This document shows positions 1 through 12,395 of a stretch of 64,000 nucleotides of DNA, in pieces. Within the stretch, counting starts at the first letter, position 1. Every line of letters begins with the position of its first letter. The notes beneath the pieces were generated by a model. It was not told where the DNA came from and searched no databases. It saw only the letters and a program-made list of their open reading frames with translations. A program made the translations under genes and the position numbers. Origin of the DNA: Dictyostelium discoideum. Taxonomy: Eukaryota. The stretch is taken from assembly GCA_000004695.1 (NCBI GenBank), contig CM000155.2, positions 320,001-384,000 of the forward strand, read 5' to 3'.

Positions 1-737
1 ACATATTTAATTTTTTTTCATCTATTTCATTTCTGTTTTTTCTAAATTCTATGTGTATATATTTGTGTTAGTTTTTATTTTTTTTTTTTTTTATTTTTTA
101 TTTTTTATTTTTTTTTTTTTTTTACCTTCTCTTGTAGTAGTTAGTAATCTAAATCTACTCTTTGATGGATAACTTGGTAAATTTCTAATTAAAAATCTAT
201 ATTTATGAATCATAACATTCCCACTCATCATCTTTGAAATTTTATTATTTACAAATTAAAAAAAAAAAAAAAAAAAATAAAATGAAAAAAAAAAAAAAAA
301 TGAAAATGAAATGAAATAAAAATAAAAAAAAAAAAAAAAACAAAAATAGTGTTTTTGGATTTAAAAACAAAAAATAAAAAATAAAATAAAAAATAAAAAA
401 ATGAATTTAAATTAAAAAGATAATTAATTTTAATTTAGTAGTATTATTATTATTATTATTATTATTTGATGCGATTTATTGGATAAATTAAAATCTATAT
501 ATAATAATAAAAATAAAAATAAAAAAAAAATAAAAAAAAATAAAATAAAAAATAAAATAAAAATAAAAAGATCTTGACTCGTTTTTTAAAAAAAAAAAAT
601 TATTTTTTTTTATTTTTTTTTTTATTTTTATTTTTATTTTTATTTTTAAAAAAAAAAAAAACCGACTGTTTTTTTTTTGAATTTTTTTTTTTTATTTTTG
701 TTTGTCCCAACATATTTATATATAATTAATACCAAAA

Positions 738-2210
738 ATGGATAATAAATCATTATATGTTGTTAAACAATTTTTAGGTAGTAATAAAAGCCTTTCAAAA
801 GTACTCGATACTTTTACTGCTCAAACAAAATCAATTAAAATTGAAAATGTTGAAATTCCATCATTAGAAAAATTGATTGAATTTTATATTAATGAAAAGT
901 AAGATTTTATTTAATTTTATCCCACCATTAATTTTCAAAAAAATAAAAATAAAAATAAATAAAAAAACAAATATATAAATTTAATATTCTAATTTTTAAT
1001 ATTTTTAATATTTTTTTTATTTTTTAGTAAATCAAAAGATAATAAAAAGAGACCATTAGATGAAAAAGAAGAAGAAAAATCATCAAAAAAACATAAAGTA
1101 GAGAAAGATTCATCAGATTCATCAGACTCATCAGACTCTGAATCAGACTCTTCAGATTCAGAAGATGAAAAAGAAAAAGAAATGAAAGTTGATAAAAAAA
1201 CTGAAGATTCTTCATCATCATCAGAAAGTGACACTGAATCATCATCATCTTCAGAATCAGAAGATGAAAAGAAAAAAGAAAAAGAATCAGATGATTCATC
1301 ATCATCAGAATCTGAAAGTGATTCATCATCATCAGAATCAGAATCAGAATCATCAGAATCATCATCATCATCAGAAAGCGAATCTGAGGATGAAAAGAAA
1401 AAAGAATCATCTGACTCTTCAGATAGTGAATCTGAAGATGAAAAAAAGAAAAAAGTAGAATCATCTGATTCTTCATCATCAGAATCAGAATCATCAGACT
1501 CTTCAGATAGTGAATCTGAAGATGAAAAAAAGAAAAAAGTAGAATCATCTGACTCTTCATCATCAGAATCAGAATCATCATCATCATCATCATCAGACTC
1601 ATCAGACTCTTCAGATAGCGAATCTGAAGATGAAAAAAAGAAAAAAGTTGAAAAATCATCAGATAAAGAAACTTCATCAGAATCAGAATCAGAAGATAGT
1701 GATGACGAAAAAGATAAAAAAAAATCAAAAAAAGAAGATAAAAAAGAAAATAAAAAACAAGAAGAAAAAAAAAAACCAATTGAAAAAGACTCAGATGAAG
1801 ATAGTGATGATGAAATGAAAGTAGTTGAACAACCAAAAAAACAAGAAATTAAACAACAACAACAACAACAAACTGTAAATAAAAATAATAGTAATAATAA
1901 TAATAAAATAGATTGGAAATCAAATCAAGATTATAATTCATATAGTAAATCAGAAACACCAGCTAAAAGAGGTAGTAATGCACCATTCCGTAGAGTTAGA
2001 GAAGAGGATGTAGTTTTTGATGAACATTTTACAAGTGAAGGTGCCAATCGTGAATGGACTGATGCTTGGGGTGTAAAAGTACAAAATCGTCTCTCCAAAA
2101 AAGTTGGTGACCAATTCCGTAAAGGTAAAAATAAGATGAAGAAAGGTACCTATACCGATTCAACAATTTGTGAAGAATCATCTGCATATGTTTATCCAGA
2201 TTCTGATTAA
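738..2210 (+). CDS. Nopp140/SRP40-like acidic Ser/Asp/Glu-rich nucleolar phosphoprotein; 2 exons join(738..898,1028..2210)
   Basis: ATG at 738 in an aaaaATG context. Exon 1 ends ...AAT GAA AA|GTAAGA at 898 (phase 2). The acceptor is tttttAG at 1026-1027 and exon 2 starts at 1028, in frame with the 342-aa ORF at 1182..2210. The body alternates Ser/Asp/Glu clusters with KKK stretches as imperfect ~60-nt repeat units. The C-terminus (PAKRGSNAPFRRVREEDVVFDEHFTSEGANREWTDAWG...QFRKGKNKMKKG) resembles the conserved SRP40/Nopp140 C-terminal domain. Confidence 0.7.
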
Positions 2211-2305
2211 ATTAAATTATTAAAAATTAAAAAAAAATAAAATAAAATAAAATAAAAAGCTTTTTAAAATAAATTAAAAATAATTATTATTTATTCATTT
2301 TATAA

Positions 2306-2809
2306 TTATAATTCATCTCTTTTTTTTAAAGATTTTAAAAATTGATCAGTCATTAAATTTAAATTCCTGAAAAATGAATCGGTTAATTGATGTGATCTTT
2401 CTTCTTTTTTATAAAATCTTTCTTGAATTGTATCACCTATTGCTAATTCCTAATTATATATATATTTGTAATTGTGTGTATTAATAGGTAAGTAACTTAA
2501 AAAAAATAAATAATAATAATAATATTTATTTACCAATGGTTTAAAACTTTTATTTGCTTTGTGATAAAGGTTTAAAACTTGTTCATAATGATGTTCTAAA
2601 ATGTGCTCTATGAAATCACAAAATATAGGGATACCATTTTCATTTTTTATTAATGCTAAAGATTTATCATAACAAATCTCTTTCATAAAATTTGAAATAT
2701 CTTTATAATCATATGTTTCAGTTATGGGTGATTGAAGTGATGTTGATGTTGATGTTGATATTGATAATAAAAAAATTATGAAAATAATAAATAAAATATT
2801 TTTAAACAT
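2306..2809 (-). CDS. small secreted ER-lumen-type protein with N-terminal signal peptide and C-terminal RDEL; join(2534..2809,2306..2449)
   Basis: Minus-strand ATG at 2809. The hydrophobic N-terminus is MFKNILFIIFIIFLLSISTSTSTS. Exon 1 ends after ...KSFKPL at 2534 (phase 0) and the donor is GTAAAT on the minus strand. The acceptor is aattAG and exon 2 starts at 2449. Exon 2 reads ELAIGDTIQERFYKKEERSHQLTDSFFRNLNLMTDQFLKSLKKRDEL then TAA (2308..2306). The 84-nt intron is typical for this genome. Confidence 0.5.
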
Positions 2810-3422
2810 TCTTTTATTTTTTTATTTTTTTATTTTTTTGTTTTCTTAGTTCATTGTTATGGATTGGGGTTAGAAAAAAAAAAAAAAAAAAACAAATTAA
2901 AATTGTGGCATTTAAATGTTAAAAAAACCCATAAAAAAAAAAAAAAAAAAAAAATATTGTTGGATAAATTTTTTTTTTTATTTTTTTATTTTAACAAAAT
3001 ACCACAATTTAGAAACTCTGTTAAATATTTATTTTAATTTTATTTTGTAGAAACTGGTTTTAATTGTTTAAAACATAGGCATAAAAGCAAATTCTTTTTT
3101 TTGTAATCTTAAAATTCTCACTTTTAACAAAATCCCACATTTTGAATTTGTTGTGTAAAAAAAAATTAATTTTTTTTTACACAACAATAATATTGAAGCA
3201 ATCATGAAGATTTGAAAATTTGAATATTATCAGTTCGAATCTATTTTCATATTGAGGAGTTTTTGATATATTTTTATGAGTCTCTTTTAGGTTTTGGTTC
3301 TTTCTTGAGGTTTGTAATCTTAGAAAAAAATTTCAAAAATGTTGGGTATAAAAAAACTACTTTTCAGTTGAAATAAAAAATTATTGTAATATCGAGGTAT
3401 TAAACTTAGCTTTTCAACTAAA

Positions 3423-3494
3423 TCCTCATTGGTGTAGTCGGTAACACTCTAGTCTTTCACACTGGTACCTCGGGTTCGATTCCCGAATGGGGAG
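3423..3494 (+). tRNA. tRNA-Glu (anticodon UUC)
   Basis: A 72-nt cloverleaf. Acceptor stem tcctcat pairs with atgggga (one G-U pair). D-arm is ggtgtagtcggtaacac. Anticodon loop is cTTTCAc with anticodon TTC. T-arm is cgGGTTCGATTCccg. The discriminator is g. There is no intron. Confidence 0.85.
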
Positions 3495-3524
3495 CTTTTT
3501 AAAAAATATATTTGGTAGATCACT

Positions 3525-3535
3525 GGTTCGATTCT
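3525..3535 (+). promoter_or_regulatory. external B-box-like element (ggttcgattct) about 30 nt downstream of tRNA-Glu
   Basis: A second copy of the B-box consensus GGTTCGAnTC lies 31 nt 3' of the tRNA. This arrangement (exB box) is characteristic of many Dictyostelium tRNA genes. Sequence match only. Confidence 0.5.
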
Positions 3536-3576
3536 AATAGCGAGAATGAAATTGCAGATAAATCTATTTTTTATTA

Positions 3577-3813
3577 TCAATAACATCTTCTTTTAGATAA
3601 TTGGAGTTCGATAGGGTTGTACCTATCAGGCTTTGTAGAAAGCTTTTTGATGGAGTAGCTGGTGTGGCTGGTCAGTATGGGATTCTCCTCTCCCAATTGG
3701 GCACACGAAAGAACTAGATCCAACAATAAAACCACTAACACAATTAAACCTATAATACCGCCATATATCATAAATAAACCTATTAATCTTTGTTTATCTC
3801 CATTAAAGGACAA
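3577..3813 (-). CDS. hypothetical small membrane-protein ORF (78 aa) inside a GC-richer island downstream of the tRNA
   Basis: ORF MSFNGDKQRLIGLFMIYGGIIGLIVLVVLLLDLVLSCAQLGEEN... with one strongly hydrophobic helix. It is embedded in a ~300-bp segment (3560-3850) whose G+C is far above the surrounding intergenic DNA. It may be a real short gene or a relic of a tRNA-associated element. Confidence 0.2.
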   Translation of the reverse strand: MSFNGDKQRLIGLFMIYGGIIGLIVLVVLLLDLVLSCAQLGEENPILTSHTSYSIKKLSTKPDRYNPIELQLSKRRCY

Positions 3814-3965
3814 ACATTTATTAATGAATATTAAAAATAAATAAATAAATAAAAACCTTTTTTAGACTCATTGGTTAGAATCTTAAGTTTTTTTTTTTTA
3901 GATATCTAAAAATTGTGATATGGTAAAAAGAATATCTTTTTTTTTTATTTTTTATTTTATTACTT

Positions 3966-4210
3966 TTATTTATTATTTCTTTTTGTAATTTTTAAATTAT
4001 GAGAAGAAGGGTGAATAATAATACCAAAATCTTCCAATTCATTTATTTTTTTACCATCCCATGATTCAATTTTGAAATTATAAACTAAATTTGCACAAAC
4101 GATATATAACTCTGCTTCACCTAATTGTACACCAACACATCCCCTTCTACCAGTTGAAAATGGAATTGAAATTTTATCTAAATCATTATAATATTTATGT
4201 TTATTATTAC

Positions 4211-4255
<45 letters not shown>

Positions 4256-4310
4256 ATTCTAAATTAATTTTTTGTTGTTCTTGTTCTTGTTGTTCTTGTT
4301 GTAGTTGTAG

Positions 4311-4358
<48 letters not shown>

Positions 4359-5932
4359 TAAATCATTTTGAAATGATTTTAATTTTTGATATTCCAACCA
4401 ACGATAAGGATTAAAAGTTGTAGGATCATCTATTAATTGATCAGAATTTGAAAGACCATAAATATTTTCAATGATTTGAGTTCCTTTTGGAATTCTATAA
4501 CCATTTACAAAAGTATCATCATTTGCAATACGTGGTAAACCTAATGATGTAACTGGTTTAATTCTTAAAACTTCTTTAATGCATGCATTTAAAAATGGTG
4601 TTTTACTTGAATATTCGTCACCAAATCCTATTGCTGTTGTTATTGTTGAATTATTATTATTATTATCAGTATTATTAGAATTACTAAAAGCATTAAATAA
4701 TTCATTAAAACATTTTTCTTGAATTATTGGATTATTTGATATATAAACTAAAAACCATTCAATTGTAACACCAACAGTATCACTACCAGCAATTAAAAAA
4801 TCAATACAAGTTTGAATGATTATATCCTCTTTAGAATCATTAGTTGACATTATCAATAGATCCATTATATCTTTTGGAGGACTATTTAAATCTAAATTCA
4901 ATAGATGGTCATCATAAATCTCTTTAATATACTCTCTAACTTGCTTTAATGTTTGATCGAATCTTTTATTCTTTAAATAAAATAATGGTCTAACCAATGG
5001 AACGAAATCACAAAAATTACTTGACCCTAAATGTTTTAATATCATCTCTTTTGGTTTTGTCAATCTTGCCATATCACCCTCATTAACATCCTCATCATTC
5101 TTTATCTCTTTACTAAATGCAATCATACAAACTACATTTAATGTTAATTTATGAATATATTTCTTTGGATTAAACTAAAAAAATAAAAAAAATAAAAAAA
5201 ATAAAAGGTTAACATATGTAATTTAATTATTAATTAATTATATATATATATTTACAGGTTTATTATTAATTGAATAATTATTCATTGTATTAATTAAATA
5301 ATTTGTTTGAGTTTCTAATAAGTTTGAAATTCCTTTAACTTTTGATTTTGTGAAGGATGAAGAAACTAATTTTCTAAGTTCTGACCAAAGTGGATAATCA
5401 CTAAATGATAAATTTCTAAAACCTGATGAGAATTGATCTAAACTATTAAAGTGTGGTCTATTTGTAAAATTTAGAAATTGTTTACACCATACTTCATTAA
5501 CATGATCAGGATCAGTCAAAACAACTGTTGGATATTCTCCCATCCAAATCTTAAAAATTCCACCGTATCGTTTTGATAATTCTAAAAATGATCTATTTGG
5601 TCTATCACCTAATAAATATAAATGTCCTATTAATGGTAATGCTAATTTTGGTGTTGGTGGTTCATCTTTTAATTTTTTATTTTTTTTAATCTATTTTTAA
5701 ATAAATAAAATAAATAAATAAAATTAATAAATAAATTAAAAAAGGGTAGTGGTGGTGCGTAAAAAAAAAAAGTTTTGAAAAAAAAAAAGATATTTTTTTT
5801 TTTTTTTTTTTTTTTTGGGAATAAAAAATATTAAAAAAATGAAAAAATAAAATAAAATTAATAAAAGATATTTACCAAATCGAATAATAAATAAATAATG
5901 CAAATAAAAAAAGTTAAAACAAATACATTCAT
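3966..5932 (-). CDS. cytochrome P450 monooxygenase; 3 exons join(5876..5932,5256..5690,3966..5174)
   Basis: Exon 1 encodes MNVFVLTFFICIIYLLFDL (membrane anchor) with donor GTAAAT. Exon 2 encodes IKKNKKLKDEPPTPKLALPLIGHLYLLGDRPN...GEYPTVVLTDPDHVNEV..NNKP with donor GTAAAT. Exon 3 carries the I-helix AGSDTVGVT, the ExxR motif KEVLRIKP, the PERF-like FNPYRW and the heme loop PFSTGRRGCVGVQLG. Introns are 185 and 81 nt. All phases are consistent and the total length is a multiple of 3. Confidence 0.8.
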
Positions 5933-6379
5933 TTTGAGTGTAAAATTATTTTTTTTTTAAACTTTAAAACTTTTTTTTTTTTTTTTTCCTGATTTTTTTT
6001 CTTATCGACCTATTTTTTTTATAAAAAAAATTAAATAAAAAATAAAAAAAAAAAACATTTTATCGTTTTAAAAATAAAATGAAAAAAAAATTAATTAAAA
6101 AAAAAATTAAAAATAAAAAAAAAAAAATCGTTTCGTCGATTTGAAAGGTTTTTTAAAATGAAAAAAAAAAAAAAAAAAATGAAAATAAAATATCTGGAGG
6201 CCAGCCGAATTAGTCACCTGAATATTTTTATTTTCTAAAAAGCGAAACGAAAATCCAGCATTAAAATAACATTTAAAATAAAATGTTATTTTAATGGTGT
6301 TTTTAATATATTTAAATTACCATTAAAATGAAATTTTAATAATTGAAAAAAAAAAAAAAAAAAATTATATTTCATTTAA

Positions 6380-6387
6380 ATAATAAA

Positions 6388-6452
<65 letters not shown>

Positions 6453-6453
6453 A
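6380..6453. repeat. (AAAT)n microsatellite, about 18 units
   Basis: Directly visible tandem aaat units. Confidence 0.9.
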
Positions 6454-6533
6454 TATTTGCCAACAAAAATTCATTTCGGAAAAAAAGATTTTTATTTTTT
6501 TTTATTTTAATTTTTTGGGGGAGGGGTTTGATT

Positions 6534-7431
6534 TTAAAATAGTAATACAATTAAAATTAAAATAAATATTAAATTAATATTATTATTTAATGAATTTGTT
6601 ATTGTTAAATTTAATTGATTATTATTTTTTGAATAATCAGTTTCATCAATGAATTGATTTTCATTAATTATAATTTCATTTGAAGAAATACCACCAAAAC
6701 CACCAAAAGAAAATGATAATTTATATGTTGATTTATTTATTCTTATTTTCCTTTCAATAAAATTAAAAATAAATAAACCATTTTTTTCAAAATTATTTAT
6801 TGATGATGATGTTGATAAAAGAAAATGACTAAATGGTATTGAAGTACCATCTAATTTTGATAATAAATTTAATGATGAATATGAATCAATTGAAATTTCA
6901 TTACAATTTAATGAACCATTTATATAAATTTTTGAAATATAAAAATTATTTTCAAAATTTCCATTTTCATCTTGAAAATTTTCTTTACCAATTCTAACAT
7001 CATAAATTATTGGTTTAACCAAGAATCTATAATTAACATTTGTAAATATATCACCAACATAATTAATTAAATCACATTTATTAATTACAATTTCATTTAA
7101 ATTACTATTATTGCATATCATTGTATTTGTATAAATTATATTTTCATTATTATCATCATCATCATCATCATCATCATTATTATTATAATTATTAATACTA
7201 TTTATACAATTTAATTTATTATTTAAATAAGTAATATTTGATGATAATGATAAATTTAAACCAGTAATTAAAAATTGATTATTAATAAAATTAATATTTT
7301 GAATTATTTGATTTGGTAAATTTATAAAATAACTATTATTTGATTTTACATTAAAAAATGTAAAATAAATATTAAAAATACCATTACTTTGTAAAGGTTT
7401 TGAATTAAATTGAAATTTAAAATTTAAAATA

Positions 7432-7464
<33 letters not shown>

Positions 7465-9866
7465 AAACTTAATAATGGATAACGTTCACTTGTATCATTG
7501 ATAACATCTGTTATTATACCTGTACTATTTTCATAAAATTCTTTACCTTTTAAAGTACATTGCATTGTTTCTACTTCCACCTCTATTAATTTTCCATCAA
7601 CTTTTAAAAATTTAACCAATGGTCTAATGAAATACATTATTCTACCACTATAAAACGAACCATAATAATCAATATATCCACAATCATCTCTACCACAACT
7701 CGTATCATTTCCATTGATTTTAATACATTCTTCACTATTTGGTAAATAACAAATTGTTTCACTATCACATTTTAATTGAATTGAATTGAATTTAAATTTA
7801 GTTGTTTTACTTAAATTGAAACCATCAATTATTAATTTACCACTACCACCACCCCCAGCAGATTCATTTTCTACTGATATAGTTTTAATAGTTGGTTCAA
7901 TAATTCTATATTTATATAATGCTAAACCTGTTTCTTTAAATTTAAATGAAAAATAAAATTCATCATTCTTTTGTGGTATTTTACAATTTGGAAATATAAA
8001 ATAAAATAAACCATTTTTAAATTCTAATAATGATGATTGTGAATAATTATCAGCATCAATATAAATATTACTATTCATATATTGATCTGGTGTTATTGCT
8101 TCACATCTAAGTGTTGCATTAATTATTAAATAATTTTTTGATAAATTATCATCACAAGTATTAAAATTTTCATCATCTTCATTTTCATCAGATTTAAAAT
8201 TTAATGAATAAATTTCCGCTGCATAATATTGATAAACTAAACTATATTTTCTATCACTATAAATAATTTGGCCACATGTCAAAAATGTATTATCATTATT
8301 AATTGTTGTTGGGAAATAACATTTAATTGAATAACCTTTAATTACATTCTCACATATTAAAATTGTATTTGAAAATTTTACAGTTGCATCTTTTATTAAA
8401 TTATCACCATTAATTATTATACTTGAAACAACACCATCACTACTATTAATATAATTTGAACTTTCAATTTTTGGTATTAAATATTGAAATGGTGAAATTT
8501 CATCAGAAGATATACCATTAATAGTTATTTTTAAAACTGTGAAATCCATTGAAAAATCTGATGGTAATGTACAAGTGATTTCAGTTTTATTTATTAATTT
8601 TGCATTTTCACAAAAAGTTTGTTTTGATGATATATAATTTAAAATTGATAAATTTGTTGTTGCTATTCCTTCTTCATTATTATTATCAATAAAATAATAA
8701 CCCTTAATAGTTATATTTTGATCACCAATTGGATAAATTTCAATTTTATTTTCACTTTCAATACCAATATTAATAATTGGTTTAATATTTAAAGTTAATT
8801 CATTTGATATAATACCATACTCTTTAACTCTAATAAATACTGTTTCATTTAACGTTAATTCTAATAATAATTTATTATTAAATCTACAAAAAATTAAATT
8901 ATATTCAATATTATCATCAATATCACAATCTAATGCAATATCAATTTCATTATTATTATAATCTGATTCTTTAACCCAATAAATTGAAATTGGTTCATTT
9001 AATAATTTAATTGGATTTGATAATCCTTTACCCTCAATTTTAAAATACATTTGAAATACTTGTGTAATTTGAACTAAATGTGGTATTGATTGGTTGAATT
9101 TAAATTGAATGATTTCATAATTTCCAATTTTTATATTTGATAAAATTTCATTTCTTATTATCATATCATCATCATCAATTGGTGATGGTGTTGGTGTTGG
9201 TATTAAAATTTTACATTGAATATATTGATTGGTTAAATTTAAAACTTGACTTATATTTAAGCAATCAATAAATGTAATACCATTATCAATACTAATTGTA
9301 ATATTATAATTTATATTATTAAATGGTTGCCATAAATAATTACCAAAATAGTAAATTGTTAATATTGTTTCATTGATTGTTGTTGTTTTTGATATACTAG
9401 TTTGTGCATTTATTATTATTGGTGTCATATCAATTTCAAGAAAAAGTTTATTTGATTCTTCTATTATTGTAAATCTTTTATTTACAACTGTGAAATTACA
9501 ATTTGTTAAAGTTTGTGGTATTGTTACAATAATAATTTTTGAATCATTGAATAAATAACTTTGTTCAACAATTAATGGTGATTCACCATTTTCCACTAGA
9601 AAATAAACTTTTGAAAATTCTGTAAATCCATCTCCATTTATAGTTATATCTAATTTATTTTGTGAATAACTATATATTTCCAAACAACTATAAAAAAGTA
9701 AAAATAAAATAAAAAAAAAATTAAAAAAAAATAAAAAAAAGTGTTTTATTTTAATAAAAACAGTGTTTCGAGAATATTTTTTTTATTTTAACCACACATA
9801 CCTCGATTTACTGGCAAAATATAAAATTATAATTAATAAACTGATAATTTGTTTTAAACTCATCAT
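6534..9866 (-). CDS. large N/I-rich secreted IPT/TIG-like repeat surface protein with hydrophobic GPI-type C-terminus; join(9802..9866,6534..9687)
   Basis: Signal-peptide exon MMSLKQIISLLIIILYFASKS (ATG 9866, donor AG|GTATGT at 9801). The 114-nt intron ends ttttttatAG. Exon 2 is in the frame of the 1049-aa ORF, whose leading 'M' in the ORF track is a TTG codon. Repeated motifs resemble IPT/TIG beta-sandwich units, e.g. GGGGSGKLIIDGFNL...ICYLP and IIINGDNL...IKCYFP. The C-terminus NLIFILILIVLLF is hydrophobic. Confidence 0.6.
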
Positions 9867-10302
9867 TACTAAAAATTATAAAGTACGAGTGATGCTAATA
9901 AACGAGATGATTTAAAAAAAAAAAAATAAATAAAAAAAATAAAAAAAATAAAAAAAAAATAAAGATATTCCAAAAAAAATCATTTTTTTTATTTTTTTCA
10001 TTTTTTTTTTTTATTTTTTTTTTTTGATCAATTTCGTCCAACTCTTACTATCGTTTTTTTTTTATTATCATAAAAAAAAAAAAAAAAAAAAAAAAAAATT
10101 AAATAAAAAAAAAATATATTTTCCAAAAGAATTTTTTTTTGAAATATAAAAAAAATAAAAAATAAAAAATAATTTAATAACTAAATCTCAGATTTATTTT
10201 TAATAATTGTTTTCCATTTTTATTTCTATTTTTTTTTTTTTTATTTTTTTTTTATTTATTTATTTTTTTTTTATTTTTTATTTATTTTTTATTTATTTTT
10301 AT

Positions 10303-12395
10303 TTATTCGTCATCAGATTTTAAATCATCTTCATCTAAAAAGTCTAATAAACTCTTTGTACCATCCATTGAATCAATTTGATCTTCAATTTCTTCATCAG
10401 CACCACCATTTTCGTCATTTGTGTTATCTCCTTCTTTATTAATAGTGTAATGATCTTCAATATAATCATTTTCTTGATCATCATCATCTTGTTGTTGATT
10501 TTCAATTTCTTCAATTTTATTTAAAATCTCTAAAAGATTATTTAATTTTAATAATCTAATTGCTTGAGTATCATCCATACTTTTATGAGTTTTAATTAAT
10601 AATGATTGACCTTGTTTCTCTTTAAAGAAATTTAATAATGATTCTGGTACTGGTAATGTTGCTGATGATATCTTTAATTTTGTTAATAATGGATCCTTTA
10701 ATTTTGTTAAAACTAAAATACCTCTTTCACATAAAATTCTTGATCTAAAAAAAAAAAAAAAAAAAAAAGTTAGTATTTTATTTTAATTTTTAAATTTTTT
10801 AAAATAATACACATACTTTAAATAACTAATTGAATTTGTTGGTGGATTTGATAATTTTGATTCTTGAATGAATTGATTTAAAAATATTGAAATATTATTT
10901 ATATTATTTTTATTATTTGATGGTGATTGCTGAATAAATTGATCTTGAGAGAAATCAAAAGAGGTCATCATACTAACTAATTTTGGTAAAAATGTTATTG
11001 ATTTACCTAATAATAATTTAATTGCAGAATAATCAGATTCAATGAATTGAATTGATGAATTTGAAGAATTTAATAATGAAAATTTGAATAAATTAGTTGC
11101 CAATTTAACATATGATTTAATAATTGAAACATCATTATCAATACTATTATTATTTTTTAAATTATCTAAAATTGAAATTGATAAAAATTGTCTTAATGAT
11201 TTATAAATACTTGAATTACTTTCTTTATCATTAATATCTGATAAATCTATAATTGTATTTAACATATCTATAATTTCATTTGTTACCTATATAAATAAAA
11301 TAATAATAATAATAATTAATAAATAATAATTAATAATTATTAATAAATAGTAAATAAATAAATAATACATTACATTATTTAATGTTAAAGAATACATTAT
11401 AAATTTATGTAATAATTGACAAGGTGATAATTTTGAAGTTATAAAAAATGAATTTATAATTATTGAATATTTATCGGATTGATTTAATGAAATTGATTGT
11501 TTATATAAATGTTGTAATTCTTCTGGTTGATTATCTTTTAATTGTTGAATTAATGATTCTCTACCACTAATAATTTGATATGATAATAAATTTTTGAAAA
11601 TTGTATTTGAAATTTCCTCCTCTTCCTCATCTTCTGATTTATTATTATTATTTTCATTATCTTCATCATTATCATCATCTTCATCATCATCATCATCGAC
11701 AGTTTCTTTAATTTCAATATCCTCAATATCATTATCTTTTTTAGATTTTAATATTGCTCTAACTCTATTATTATTAATTATTTATTATTAATTATTAGTA
11801 TTTTTTTTTTTTTTTTTTTTTTTTAGAAAATATATAATTGAAATTACATTCTATAAAATTTATGCCAAGATTGTGGTTTAAATAATAATTCTCTAATTCC
11901 TTCATGTTTAAGTTGATTTATTGATTCAAAATATAAACCTCTAAGTGTTGAACCAGTTGAATTTTTACCCTTTAATTGTTGAGCATATGATGCTGCCATT
12001 GTTTTTATAAATCTTTCGCATAATAATTGTTCATTGGTTTTACCTTTTGGTTTTTTTTCAACATTTTCATCTTTATCATCATCACCATCTTCTTCTTCTT
12101 CCTCTTCCTCTTCTTCATTATTGTTAAATGTTATTTTATCTTCTTCTTGTTCTTCTTCTTTTTCTTGTTCTTGTTCTTTTTCTTCTATTTGTTCAACTTG
12201 TTCAACTTGTTCTTCTTGTTCTTCTTGTTCTTCTTGTTCTTCTTGTTCTTCTTGTTCTTCTTGTTCTTCTGGTTCTTCAATTATAGGTTGCTTTACATTT
12301 TTAGTAATTTTAGTATTTTTACCTAATTTGATTTGTTTTATTGGTTTTTTTGGTTTAACTAATGATTGATTAACTCTTTTTTTTGATTCAACCAT
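10303..12395 (-). CDS. hypothetical acidic low-complexity protein, 4 exons join(11848..12395,11374..11758,10817..11286,10303..10744)
   Basis: Four minus-strand ORF segments link with canonical sites and consistent phases: E1 ...FYR-AT|GTAATT, acceptor gttAG; E2 ends AAT|GTAATG; E3 starts tatAG|GTAACA.. (VTNEIIDMLNT..) and ends TTA AA|GTATGT; E4 starts after ctaac-T(20)-AG and ends ...DFLDEDDLKSDDE-TAA. Introns are 89, 87 and 72 nt. The protein is about 614 aa with an (EEQ)n tract and Asp/Glu runs. The E1-E2 junction is the least certain: E1 could end at its own TAA 2 nt downstream. Confidence 0.45.

Noticed and set aside
989-1836. Minus-strand ORFs 989..1234 and 1024..1836, and plus ORFs 1189..1458 and 1630..1818
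   Set aside because: These are antisense or alternative-frame readings of the acidic-serine repeat of the Nopp140-like gene. Their compositions (polyM/I/L, polyK/H) are repeat artefacts, and the spliced plus-strand frame carries the conserved C-terminal domain.
3508-3545. A second tRNA or tRNA pseudogene 3' of tRNA-Glu (tggtagatcactggttcgattc)
   Set aside because: Only a T-arm-like B box is present, with no acceptor, D or anticodon stems. It is better explained as the external B box typical of Dictyostelium tRNA genes.
6380-6453. Regularly spaced short repeats that could be mistaken for a CRISPR array (also 18400-18730 and 55405-55478)
   Set aside because: The units are 4-8 nt with no spacers, so these are AT microsatellites. 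The window is eukaryotic and no cas-like genes are present.
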